A stretch of 42,332 nucleotides of DNA, taken from positions 81,264 to 123,595 of the forward strand of contig NGFL01000001.1 in the NCBI GenBank assembly GCA_002215665.1. The letters run 5' to 3'. Shown piece by piece: positions 19,394-27,986 of this stretch; positions within the stretch are counted from its first letter, which is position 1; every line of letters starts with the position of its first letter. A program made the position numbers and the translations under genes. The stretch comes from a candidate division TA06 bacterium JGI_Cruoil_03_38_101 (lineage in GTDB: Bacteria > Hydrothermota > UBA3072). A model generated the notes under the pieces. That model did not search any database and was not told where the DNA came from. It was given only the letters and a program-made list of their open reading frames with translations.

Positions 19394-20254
19394 TTACCTT
19401 TTCTTTCTGAAGTTACTTAAAGCCTCCTTAGCACGATATGAACTCCGAACAAGAGGAGCAGAAGCGACAAAATCAAAACCCATTTTTTCTCCAAGAACCT
19501 TAAATTCTTGGAATTCTTCAGGTGGAACATATCTTTCCACAGGAAGTTCTTTTCCGGAGGGGCGGAGATATTGCCCGATTGTAAGGATATTACAGTTTAC
19601 TCTTCTGAGATCTTTCATTACATCCAACACCTCTTCCTTCTTTTCTCCAAGCCCAAGCATCAAACCACTTTTAATTGGAAGAGAAGAAGAATAGGTAGAG
19701 GCTTCTTTTAACAGATTAAGGGATCTACTGTAGAGAGCTTTTGGACGCACCCTGGGATAGAGTCGAGGAATTGTTTCAACATTGTGGCTGAGTACGTCAA
19801 TTCCTGAATCGATTACTTTTCTTAAAGCATCTATCTCCCCTTTAAAATCAGGAATTAAGACTTCTACTGTTGTCTCTGGATTTATTCTCTTTATCTCCTT
19901 CGTTGTCATTGCAAAAAAAGATGCCCCACCGTCTGGTAAGTCATCCCTTGAAGGAGATGTTATAACGGTATGTTTCAGTCCTAAGTTTCGAACTTCTTCA
20001 GCAATCCTTTCTGGTTCCTTCCAATCAAGGGGTTTGGGAATTCCGTTCTTCACTGCACAGAACCTGCAATTTCGAGTGCAGGTATCACCCATTATAAGGA
20101 AAGTTGCTGTCCCCCTCGCAAAGCAATCACCAATATTTGGGCATTTTGCTTCTTCACAAATAGTATGAAGTTTCCTTGAGTGGAGTTCATTCCTAAGGGG
20201 TTCTGCTTTCTCTCTCCTCAGGATTGAATTTCTAATCCAGTTGGGTGCAATCAT
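19394..20254 (-). CDS. lipA: Lipoyl synthase
   Basis: CEEAKCPNIGDC plus radical-SAM CTRNCRFC; VRSSY. Confidence 0.96.
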   Translation of the reverse strand: MIAPNWIRNSILRREKAEPLRNELHSRKLHTICEEAKCPNIGDCFARGTATFLIMGDTCTRNCRFCAVKNGIPKPLDWKEPERIAEEVRNLGLKHTVITSPSRDDLPDGGASFFAMTTKEIKRINPETTVEVLIPDFKGEIDALRKVIDSGIDVLSHNVETIPRLYPRVRPKALYSRSLNLLKEASTYSSSLPIKSGLMLGLGEKKEEVLDVMKDLRRVNCNILTIGQYLRPSGKELPVERYVPPEEFQEFKVLGEKMGFDFVASAPLVRSSYRAKEALSNFRKKR

Positions 20255-20586
20255 TCTTTTAACCTGTTATTTTCATCCACCTTTACGATTGTCGGAATAA
20301 AATGTTGCTTATCAGTTAGTCCGAAAGACATTATTATTACCCTATCTCCAATCTCAACAAGGTTTGCTGCAGCACCATTAACGCATATCTCCCCGTCCTT
20401 TCCATAGATAACATAGGTATAAAAACGGTTACCCGTTTCAATATCCCCGATGAGAACCTTTTCATTGAGCAAAAGCTTGGCTTTTCTGGCTAATTTCTCA
20501 TCGATAGTGATGGAACCTTCGTATTCTTTGTTTGTCTCTGTCACTCGAGCCATATGAATCTTTGATTTAAGGACTTCATATAACAT
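20251..20586 (-). CDS. panD: Aspartate 1-decarboxylase
   Basis: KSKIH...YEG|SITID, TY, NGAAA. Confidence 0.95.
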   Translation of the reverse strand: MLYEVLKSKIHMARVTETNKEYEGSITIDEKLARKAKLLLNEKVLIGDIETGNRFYTYVIYGKDGEICVNGAAANLVEIGDRVIIMSFGLTDKQHFIPTIVKVDENNRLKE

Positions 20587-20587
20587 A

Positions 20588-21274
20588 TTACACCTCTCCT
20601 TCTAAACCTATCCCAACTGTTATAAACCTATCTTTAAAATACCGTTTAAAGACCTCAAGAGCCAAGTCTCCTGAACAATTGGCAGGAGCCACCTTTTTAG
20701 GGTTGGAAAGATCCAACTTCCCTGCAAGATTAAGCAACTCTTTTTCACTGTAGGATAATGGGTTTAATCTTCCAAAAAGCAAATTTATCGGCTTATCAAT
20801 AATTCCCTGGTCCTCAAGGATCGGAAGAATTCCTCCTTCTGATCCCCCGAAAATAGATGCTTCAAAACCCATTTTGATTAAAAGAGCCATCTCTTTAATC
20901 TTTGAATCCTTAGTTCTTAGAGCAGAAACAGATGGAAGTATTTCCTCTGTCTTTTCTATTATCCTGCACTCGGAACCAACGGAATGAATCATCTCAGTTA
21001 GATCGTTAGAAACCCCTGAAGGCACATAGACAATTTTATCAACACCTATCACCGCTTCAATCCCACCTGTGTGCTCCCATCCTTCCTTTGGTATAAATAT
21101 ATGTTTTATATCCCTATTCTCAATGCCTGCAATATTAAGATTTTCTTCGAGCGAAAGAGGATTTTCTCCAGTATCGAAGAGTAACATAAGGTCGGGGAAA
21201 TAAACTGATACACCCCACCCTGTTGTATATTCTGGATTGAGTTTTTCACCATCAATTAGCACCTTAAACCTCAT
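20588..21274 (-). CDS. MBL-fold protein with degenerate metal-binding motifs (probable pseudoenzyme)
   Basis: WG.S...LLFDTG...L..N scaffold is intact, but HxHxDH is replaced by PKEGWEH and later His ligands are absent. Confidence 0.7.
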   Translation of the reverse strand: MRFKVLIDGEKLNPEYTTGWGVSVYFPDLMLLFDTGENPLSLEENLNIAGIENRDIKHIFIPKEGWEHTGGIEAVIGVDKIVYVPSGVSNDLTEMIHSVGSECRIIEKTEEILPSVSALRTKDSKIKEMALLIKMGFEASIFGGSEGGILPILEDQGIIDKPINLLFGRLNPLSYSEKELLNLAGKLDLSNPKKVAPANCSGDLALEVFKRYFKDRFITVGIGLEGEV

Positions 21275-21280
21275 AATATT

Positions 21281-21308
21281 ATTTTATCCGGCCTCTGTTC
21301 TTTGTCAA
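21281..21308 (-). promoter_or_regulatory. Sigma-70-type promoter, leaderless geometry
   Basis: TTGACA(21308-21303)-N16-TAAAAT(21286-21281)-N6-ATG(21274). Confidence 0.75.
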
Positions 21309-21390
21309 TGGGAAAAGCTTAAAAACCCTTTGTATATTGTTCTTGTTTTACAGAGAACTTTGACTTTCAGGATAAATTCACTTGAAAAGG

Positions 21391-21419
21391 TTGACAAGAC
21401 TGCCCATTTTTTTTATAAT
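21391..21419 (+). promoter_or_regulatory. Promoter of tRNA-Val/thrS operon
   Basis: Perfect TTGACA(21391-21396)-N17-TATAAT(21414-21419). Confidence 0.85.
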
Positions 21420-21430
21420 ATATATAAAAA

Positions 21431-21503
21431 GGGCGATTAGCTCAGGGGATAGAGCGTTTGCTTGACATGCAAAAGGTCAGTGGTTCAATTCCACTATCGC
21501 CCA
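21431..21503 (+). tRNA. tRNA-Val(GAC)
   Basis: Acceptor GGGCGAT/ATCGCCC-A; anticodon arm TTTGC-TTGACAT-GCAAA; T-loop TTCAATT. CCA not encoded. Confidence 0.96.
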
Positions 21504-21533
21504 TTTTAAAGGAAATAATAATTTTTTATTTAT

Positions 21534-23456
21534 ATGAAAATAAAGATAAAACTTTTAATAGATAAAAATGAATCTACTTTAGAAATAGAAAGAGGGTTTT
21601 CTTTAAAGAAAATATTAGAAGATAGAAATTCTCCCCTACTTTTAAAATATGTAGGAGCATTAAGAGACAATGAATTCGTAGATTTTCACACCCCTCTTAT
21701 GGAGGAAGGTGTGTTTTGTCTACTTCCAGTTGATGATGAGAGAGCTTACCCCTTCCTCTGGCATACAACATCCCATATAATGGCTCAGGCGATAAAACGT
21801 CTATATGATGTAAATCTCACAATAGGCCCTTCGATTGAAGAAGGTTTCTATTACGATATGGAGAGGGAAGAACCATTCACCGAGGAAGATTTAAAGAAAA
21901 TCTCAAATGAGATGGGAAAAATCATCCAGAGCGATTATCCTCTCGAGTATGAAGAAATCCCAAAAAGCAAAGCCAAGGAGATTTTTTCTGACAACAAATT
22001 CAAACTGGAACTGATTAATGGGATTAATGATGATTTTGTCTCTATCTACCGTCAGGGAGAATTTGTGGATCTCTGCAAGGGTCCACATCTCCTCTCAACA
22101 GGAAGGGTAAAAGCCTTCAAATTATTATCAGTTTCAGCTTCCTATTGGAGAGGAGATGAAAATAGGGAAAGCCTTCAGCGTATCTATGGTATATCTTACC
22201 CAAAGAAAAAATTACTCGATGAATACATTCAGCGCTGGGAAGAGGCTAAGAAGAGAGACCATAGAAAAATAGGAAAGCAACTGGATCTATTCAATATATA
22301 CGAAGAAATTGGTCCAGGACTTATCCTATGGCATCCCAAGGGGACTGTAATAAGAGAGGTAATAGAAGATTACTGGAAGAAAGAACATGAAAAGAGAGGT
22401 TACAAACTCGTCAGAACTCCCCATATAGCAAAGGCTGAACTCTGGAAAACCTCCGGTCATTTTGACTATTATCTTGAAAATATGTTTGTCTTTCAAAGGG
22501 GTGGTGAAGAATATGTGGTTAAGCCAATGAATTGCCCATATCACATTCTTATCTATAAGAATGAGACAAGGAGTTACCGTGATCTTCCGATAAGATTTGC
22601 AGAACTGGGAACGGTTTATAGAAACGAGCGCTCTGGCACTTTGCACGGTATGCTTCGGGTTCGAGGATTTACCCAGGATGACGCCCATATTTTCTGCAGG
22701 GAGGATCAAGTTACCAGAGAGATTGGAGGAGTAGTTGATTTCGCAATTGAATTAATAAAAACCTTTGGTTATAAAGACTTTGACGTCCGCCTTTCAGTAT
22801 GGGATTCTGCTCATAAGGAAAAATACGCAGGTAGTGCTGAAGAGTGGGAGAAGGCAGAATCCGCCCTTGTTTCTACCCTTGTGGAAAGGGGCATTGAGTA
22901 TAAAAGAGATGTAGGAGGAGCTGTTTTCTATGGCCCAAAGATTGATATAAAGATAAAGGATGCATTAGGAAGGAAATGGCAGGGTCCAACGATTCAGTTC
23001 GATTTCAATCTCCCAAGAAGATTCAATGCAACTTATGTTGGAGAAGATGGAAAAGAACATAATGTATATATGATACATCGAGCCCTTTTTGGTTCCCTTG
23101 AGAGATTTGTAGGCGGACTGATTGAGCATTACAAAGGAAATTTCCCAACTTGGCTTGCCCCAATCCAGGTTAAAGCATTGACAATAACAGATGATGAGGT
23201 AAAATTCGCAAAAAAGGTCCAGGAAAAACTAAGGGAAGAAAGCATTCGATCTGAACTGGACTTGAGAAATGAACCTCTGTCCAAAAAAATAAGGGATGCA
23301 GAGGATCAGAAAATTCCCTATATGTTTATTATAGGAGCTAGGGAGGTTGAATCAAACACTGTATCAGTTAGACATCATAAACAAGGAGATATCGGCAGTT
23401 TTGATTTAGAGGAGATTATTTTTCGTATTAAGGAAGAGATTAAACAAAGGAGGTAA
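21534..23456 (+). CDS. thrS: Threonine--tRNA ligase
   Basis: HTTSH, DLCKGPH, RDHRKIG, KPMNCP, RVRGFTQDDAHIF. Confidence 0.98.
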   Translation: MKIKIKLLIDKNESTLEIERGFSLKKILEDRNSPLLLKYVGALRDNEFVDFHTPLMEEGVFCLLPVDDERAYPFLWHTTSHIMAQAIKRLYDVNLTIGPSIEEGFYYDMEREEPFTEEDLKKISNEMGKIIQSDYPLEYEEIPKSKAKEIFSDNKFKLELINGINDDFVSIYRQGEFVDLCKGPHLLSTGRVKAFKLLSVSASYWRGDENRESLQRIYGISYPKKKLLDEYIQRWEEAKKRDHRKIGKQLDLFNIYEEIGPGLILWHPKGTVIREVIEDYWKKEHEKRGYKLVRTPHIAKAELWKTSGHFDYYLENMFVFQRGGEEYVVKPMNCPYHILIYKNETRSYRDLPIRFAELGTVYRNERSGTLHGMLRVRGFTQDDAHIFCREDQVTREIGGVVDFAIELIKTFGYKDFDVRLSVWDSAHKEKYAGSAEEWEKAESALVSTLVERGIEYKRDVGGAVFYGPKIDIKIKDALGRKWQGPTIQFDFNLPRRFNATYVGEDGKEHNVYMIHRALFGSLERFVGGLIEHYKGNFPTWLAPIQVKALTITDDEVKFAKKVQEKLREESIRSELDLRNEPLSKKIRDAEDQKIPYMFIIGAREVESNTVSVRHHKQGDIGSFDLEEIIFRIKEEIKQRR

Positions 23457-23459
23457 GCT

Positions 23460-23984
23460 ATAGCAAAAAAAGCAGGACGAAAAATTAATGAACAAATAAA
23501 TGCAAGGAAGGTGCAATTAATTGGTAATAATGGAGATAATAAAGGCACAGTGTATACAAAAGATGCAATAGCGGAAGCGAAAAAAAAGGGGCTTGATCTT
23601 GTTCTTCTCATGCCAGATGCAAATCCCCCTGTTTGTAAAATACTGGATTATGGCAAATATCGCTATCGCCAAAATAAGAAGGACAGGAAAGAACGTCAGA
23701 AGCAAAGACAGACGCTAAAGGAAATGAAATTTTATCCAAAGATTGAAGATCACGATTATGAAACGAAAATCAGGCATATAAGGAGATTTTTAGCCGATAA
23801 TAATCCTGTCCGAATCCAGATTTGGATGCGCGGAAGAGAAAAGGTGCACCCTGAATTGGCAGAAGACCTGGCGAAGCGGATTGTTAAGGACACTGGGGAT
23901 ATATCAAAATTGCAGGGAGAATTAGAACCCACAGGTATAAGATTGCAGTTTCAATTGATGCCAATAGGAGGCAATAATGCCTAA
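23460..23984 (+). CDS. infC: Translation initiation factor IF-3 (ATA start)
   Basis: AGGAGG-N6-ATA(23460) is in frame and restores INEQINARKVQLI; PPVCKILDYGKY present. Confidence 0.93.
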   Translation: MAKKAGRKINEQINARKVQLIGNNGDNKGTVYTKDAIAEAKKKGLDLVLLMPDANPPVCKILDYGKYRYRQNKKDRKERQKQRQTLKEMKFYPKIEDHDYETKIRHIRRFLADNNPVRIQIWMRGREKVHPELAEDLAKRIVKDTGDISKLQGELEPTGIRLQFQLMPIGGNNA

Positions 23985-24168
23985 GCTTAAAAATAAAGGA
24001 GCAATAAAAAAACGACTCAAGAAAACAAAAAAAGGGAAAATAAAGTTCAGAAGAGCCAACAGCAACCATCTTCAATCAAAGCACTCCAACAAGAATAGGC
24101 GCAGATGTAGCGGGGAGAAAGAAGTATCATCGGGTGATAGAAAGAGAATAAAGAGACTTATGCACTAA
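23977..24168 (+). CDS. rpmI: 50S ribosomal protein L35
   Basis: MPKLK...KKR...T..GK; infC-rpmI-rplT synteny. Confidence 0.93.
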   Translation: MPKLKNKGAIKKRLKKTKKGKIKFRRANSNHLQSKHSNKNRRRCSGEKEVSSGDRKRIKRLMH

Positions 24169-24178
24169 GGAGGTAGTA

Positions 24179-24541
24179 GTGGCTAGGCATAAAAATGTTG
24201 TTCAAAGAAGAAAAAGGCACAAAAAGGTCCTGAAAAGAGCAAGAGGATTCTTCGGTAAAAGAAAAAATTCTTACCGAATTGCAAAAGAGGCTGTAATGAA
24301 AGCCCTTGCCTATGCTTATCGGGATAGAAGAAGGAAGAAGAGAGATTTTAGAAGACTCTGGATAATAAGGATAAATGCAGCAGCCAGACAAAATGGTCTT
24401 TCTTACAGTAGATTTATGCATGGTCTTTATAATGCGCACATTAATCTAAACAGGAAAGTCCTTGCCGAAATTGCGGTTATGGAACCAGAAACCTTCTCAC
24501 AAATTGCAGGAATCGCTAAAGAGAGTTTGAATGAATCTTAA
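24179..24541 (+). CDS. rplT: 50S ribosomal protein L20
   Basis: [26 protein letters not shown]. Confidence 0.98.
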   Translation: MARHKNVVQRRKRHKKVLKRARGFFGKRKNSYRIAKEAVMKALAYAYRDRRRKKRDFRRLWIIRINAAARQNGLSYSRFMHGLYNAHINLNRKVLAEIAVMEPETFSQIAGIAKESLNES

Positions 24542-25532
24542 CGCCTTTAGAGAAAACGCTAAGATTGAAATTGAAAAAGTTAAAACTGATGGAGAATTAG
24601 AGAAGGTCCGTGTCAAATACTTAGGGAGAAAGGGTAACTTGACTGAAGTTTTACATTCTATCGGGGACTTACCCAAAGAAGAAAGACCTGAGGCAGGTAG
24701 GATTGCTAACAGCATAAAAAGAGAACTTGAAGAGTTAATCAAGGAAAAGAAAGAGATTCTTGAAGAGAAAAAAACTCTTCTATGGAAGGATCTTACTCTC
24801 CCAGGCAGAAAACCATTCATAGGAACTCTCCACCCATTAACGGTACTCGGAGAGGAGGTCCAGGATATATTCATCCGAATGGGGTTCTCAGTGGTAGAAG
24901 GGCCAGAAATTGAGACAGATTACTATAATTTCACCGCCTTGAATACACCTCCCGACCACCCTGCACGGGATCTCCAGGATACATTTTATCTCAAAGACGG
25001 AAGGCTCCTTAGAACACAAACATCTCCTGTCCAAATACGTATTCTTGAAAAGCACTCTCCCCCACTTCGCATCATATCCTCCGGGAAATGCTACAGGATG
25101 GATACATTTGACCCCTCACACTCTCCAACCTTTACTCAGATAGAAGGTCTGTGGGTTGATAAAAATATCTCAATGGCTGATCTCTTTGGGACTCTTGAGC
25201 TTTTTGCAAAAGAAATCTTCGGAGAAAATATCAAAACAGAATTCCTTCCGGGTTACTTCCCATTCACAGAACCTTCTTGTGAACAATTAATCCAATGCCC
25301 ATTTTGTTTAGGGGAAGGTTGTTCTGTTTGCAAGAAAAAAGGGATGATAGAAATACTCGGAGCAGGATTGGTTCACCCAAGTATCCTTAAGAAACTCGGT
25401 TATTCAGAATTTAATGGTTTTGCTTTTGGTATGGGCGTAGAAAGGATAGCAATGATAAAATACAATATAGATGATATAAGATTGTTCTATCAAAACGAAC
25501 TTCAATTCCTTAGACAGTTCAATGAGAGTTAA
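24531..25532 (+). CDS. pheS: Phenylalanine--tRNA ligase alpha subunit
   Basis: [38 protein letters not shown]. Confidence 0.97.
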   Translation: MNLNAFRENAKIEIEKVKTDGELEKVRVKYLGRKGNLTEVLHSIGDLPKEERPEAGRIANSIKRELEELIKEKKEILEEKKTLLWKDLTLPGRKPFIGTLHPLTVLGEEVQDIFIRMGFSVVEGPEIETDYYNFTALNTPPDHPARDLQDTFYLKDGRLLRTQTSPVQIRILEKHSPPLRIISSGKCYRMDTFDPSHSPTFTQIEGLWVDKNISMADLFGTLELFAKEIFGENIKTEFLPGYFPFTEPSCEQLIQCPFCLGEGCSVCKKKGMIEILGAGLVHPSILKKLGYSEFNGFAFGMGVERIAMIKYNIDDIRLFYQNELQFLRQFNES

Positions 25533-27519
25533 TTACAACTGGCTTTCTGAATGGGTTGATATTAAATTCTCTCCATACGAACTGGCGGATCGTCTTGATC
25601 ATCTCGGGATAGAAGTAGAGGAGGTAGAAATAACCTCAGATGATGCAATCTTTGAACTGAATATAATGCCAAACAGACCCGATTTACTCAGTGTTTGGGG
25701 CTTGTCAAGGGAAATTGCTGCAAAAATAGGAAGGAATTTAAAGAAAAAAATTGATTATTCCCTGCCGGACTTGAATCAAAAGGATGCTCTTAACCTAACC
25801 GTTACAATTGAGTCCGAAGAAGACTGCCCCAGATATATAGCAAGCGTAATCGACAACATTGAGGTAGGGCTCTCTCCTGCGTTTATTTCTGAAAGACTAA
25901 CAAAATGTGGGATTCGTACCCTGAACAATATAGTAGATGTAACAAATTACGTCCTCTTGGAAACAGGACACCCTCTTCATGCCTTTGACTATGATTCAAT
26001 CAGTGGTGGGATTATTGTCCGAAGAGCTAAAAATTCCGAGATTATCATAACACTGGAAGGAGAGAAAAAAGAGTTATCAAATGAGGACCTTGTAATTGCA
26101 GACAACAAAGGTCCAATTGCTATTGCTGGAGTGATGGGAGGAGAATCATCAGGAATTAAGGATAAAACGACAAGGATAGTCCTTGAGTCTGCATTCTTCA
26201 AACCTTCGCTTATCCGAAGAACATCAAGAAGGTTAAAATTATCCACAGAATCTTCATACCGTTTTGAAAGGACGGCAGATATAGAAATGCTACCCACTGC
26301 TTCAGCATATACCTTACATCTTTTAGGAAAGTCAGCAACTAAAAGAACAGCAAGAAAGGTAATTGACACCAATCCAACCCCCCAGGTAAAGAAAGAGGTA
26401 GAATTCTCTTACAAAAATGCAAACAAAATGTTGGGGAAAAATCTAAAGAGAGAAGAGGTTGACCGAATATTTGAAAAATTGGGGTTTGAAAGAAGGGAAA
26501 CAGATGGAAGCCCCAGAATTCTTGTCCCTTCCTATAGAAGAGACATTAAAATCGAAGAAGACCTCACTGAAGAGATTGGTAGATTTATAGGTTACAATAA
26601 TATACCTCGTAGATTTACCTATACAAATGAGAAGCCTATCAACTTAGAGAATAAGGATATAATAAAAATTAAGAAGATAATGGCGAGTTTGGGGTTATCT
26701 GAAGCAATAAATATTCCTTTTATTGAACCCTTCTGGGCAGAAATCCATAAAGATGAACCTGTAGAACTCAAAAATCCTATGTGGAGCGATAGAAGCATTC
26801 TGAGAAATACTCTCCTGCCTGGTCTTATAAGAAGCGTCGAGAGGAATCTGAATAAAGGTGAAGAACTCGTCCAACTCTTTGAAGTTGGAAGAGTATTCAG
26901 ACAGGGGAAGGATGAAGAAGAAATGCTTGGAGCCGTGATTACTGGAAATATGCCTGTAAAGTGGCACCAAGAAGGAAGGCCTGTAGACTTTTATGATATA
27001 AAAGGTATTGTGGAGGCAATGTTGGAAAAATTAAATATAAAAGATTATAAATTTGCCGAATCCGAAGAATCTTTCTACAGGAAGGAAAGGACTCAATGTT
27101 TAGTCATAGATGGGACAGTCCCTGGATGCTTTGGTTTAATAGCGCAGGACTCCTGCAAAGCAGATATCTATGGCTGTGAGTTCAAGGTGAAATATCTGCT
27201 TGGCGCTCTCAAAAGGGGAAGCCATTTTAGTAGAACCAGCAAGTTTCCTCCAATAAAAAGAGATCTCTCTTTCATAATAGAGGGAAAGACTCCCTATGAA
27301 AAGATTAAAAATATAATTCAGGAATCGTTAACCCATGATGTGAGAATTGAATTGATGGATGAATATATAGCGAGAAGGATAGGGAAAGATAAGAAATCTC
27401 TTACTGTGAGGTTAGAATTTTCCCATCCTGAAAAGACCCTAACAGATAATGAAATAGAAGGAGATATAAAAACAGCTATTGATAAACTCAAAAGTTTTGG
27501 AGCAAGCCTACGAGAATGA
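25522..27519 (+). CDS. pheT: Phenylalanine--tRNA ligase beta subunit, lacking the B2 OB-fold domain
   Basis: B1 joins directly to DAIFELNIMPNRPD; B3/4, B5 (PSYRRDI..EEDL.EE) and FDX-ACB present; 665 aa. Confidence 0.95.
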   Translation: MRVNYNWLSEWVDIKFSPYELADRLDHLGIEVEEVEITSDDAIFELNIMPNRPDLLSVWGLSREIAAKIGRNLKKKIDYSLPDLNQKDALNLTVTIESEEDCPRYIASVIDNIEVGLSPAFISERLTKCGIRTLNNIVDVTNYVLLETGHPLHAFDYDSISGGIIVRRAKNSEIIITLEGEKKELSNEDLVIADNKGPIAIAGVMGGESSGIKDKTTRIVLESAFFKPSLIRRTSRRLKLSTESSYRFERTADIEMLPTASAYTLHLLGKSATKRTARKVIDTNPTPQVKKEVEFSYKNANKMLGKNLKREEVDRIFEKLGFERRETDGSPRILVPSYRRDIKIEEDLTEEIGRFIGYNNIPRRFTYTNEKPINLENKDIIKIKKIMASLGLSEAINIPFIEPFWAEIHKDEPVELKNPMWSDRSILRNTLLPGLIRSVERNLNKGEELVQLFEVGRVFRQGKDEEEMLGAVITGNMPVKWHQEGRPVDFYDIKGIVEAMLEKLNIKDYKFAESEESFYRKERTQCLVIDGTVPGCFGLIAQDSCKADIYGCEFKVKYLLGALKRGSHFSRTSKFPPIKRDLSFIIEGKTPYEKIKNIIQESLTHDVRIELMDEYIARRIGKDKKSLTVRLEFSHPEKTLTDNEIEGDIKTAIDKLKSFGASLRE

Positions 27520-27695
27520 AAAAGATAGATATTGATAATCTTCAAAAAATAATAAAAGATAGCATTAAGACAATAAAGGAGTTAAAGAGAGAGAATGAAG
27601 ACCTGCGTCATGAAATTGAGAAGGAAAGAAAAAAGCAGAAAGAGGCACTAGAGGAATTAAACAAAATAGAGGATAAAATAAAAGAGAGGTTTTAA
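27516..27695 (+). CDS. ZapB-like coiled-coil protein (59 aa, not in ORF track)
   Basis: MKKIDIDNLQKIIKDSIKTIKELKRENEDLRHEIEKERKKQKEALEELNKIEDKIKERF*. ATGA overlap with pheT, abuts zapA. Confidence 0.8.
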   Translation: MKKIDIDNLQKIIKDSIKTIKELKRENEDLRHEIEKERKKQKEALEELNKIEDKIKERF

Positions 27696-27944
27696 GTGGG
27701 AAAGGAAGTGGAAGTAAAAATCTTAAGTAATAAATATTCATTTATTACAGATAGAAATTTAGATGAAGCTTTGTCGATTGCAATGTTTGTAGATGAAGAA
27801 ACCAGGAGAATAAAACAGGAGGAACCTTACTCATCTGATAATACCATTGCAATACTAACTGCTTTAAACATAGCAGATAAGCTCTTTGCTATTGCATCTG
27901 AGATTGAAAAGTTAGAAAATTATGTAGTAGTAAATAGCCCCTAA
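27696..27944 (+). CDS. zapA: Cell division protein ZapA
   Basis: V.I....Y, A.FVD, AILTALNIAD; pheT-zapA-rny synteny. Confidence 0.88.
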   Translation: MGKEVEVKILSNKYSFITDRNLDEALSIAMFVDEETRRIKQEEPYSSDNTIAILTALNIADKLFAIASEIEKLENYVVVNSP

Positions 27945-27986
27945 TCTCTCCCACAGCCTCTCAAAGTATAAAAAGAGAGGTATCTG

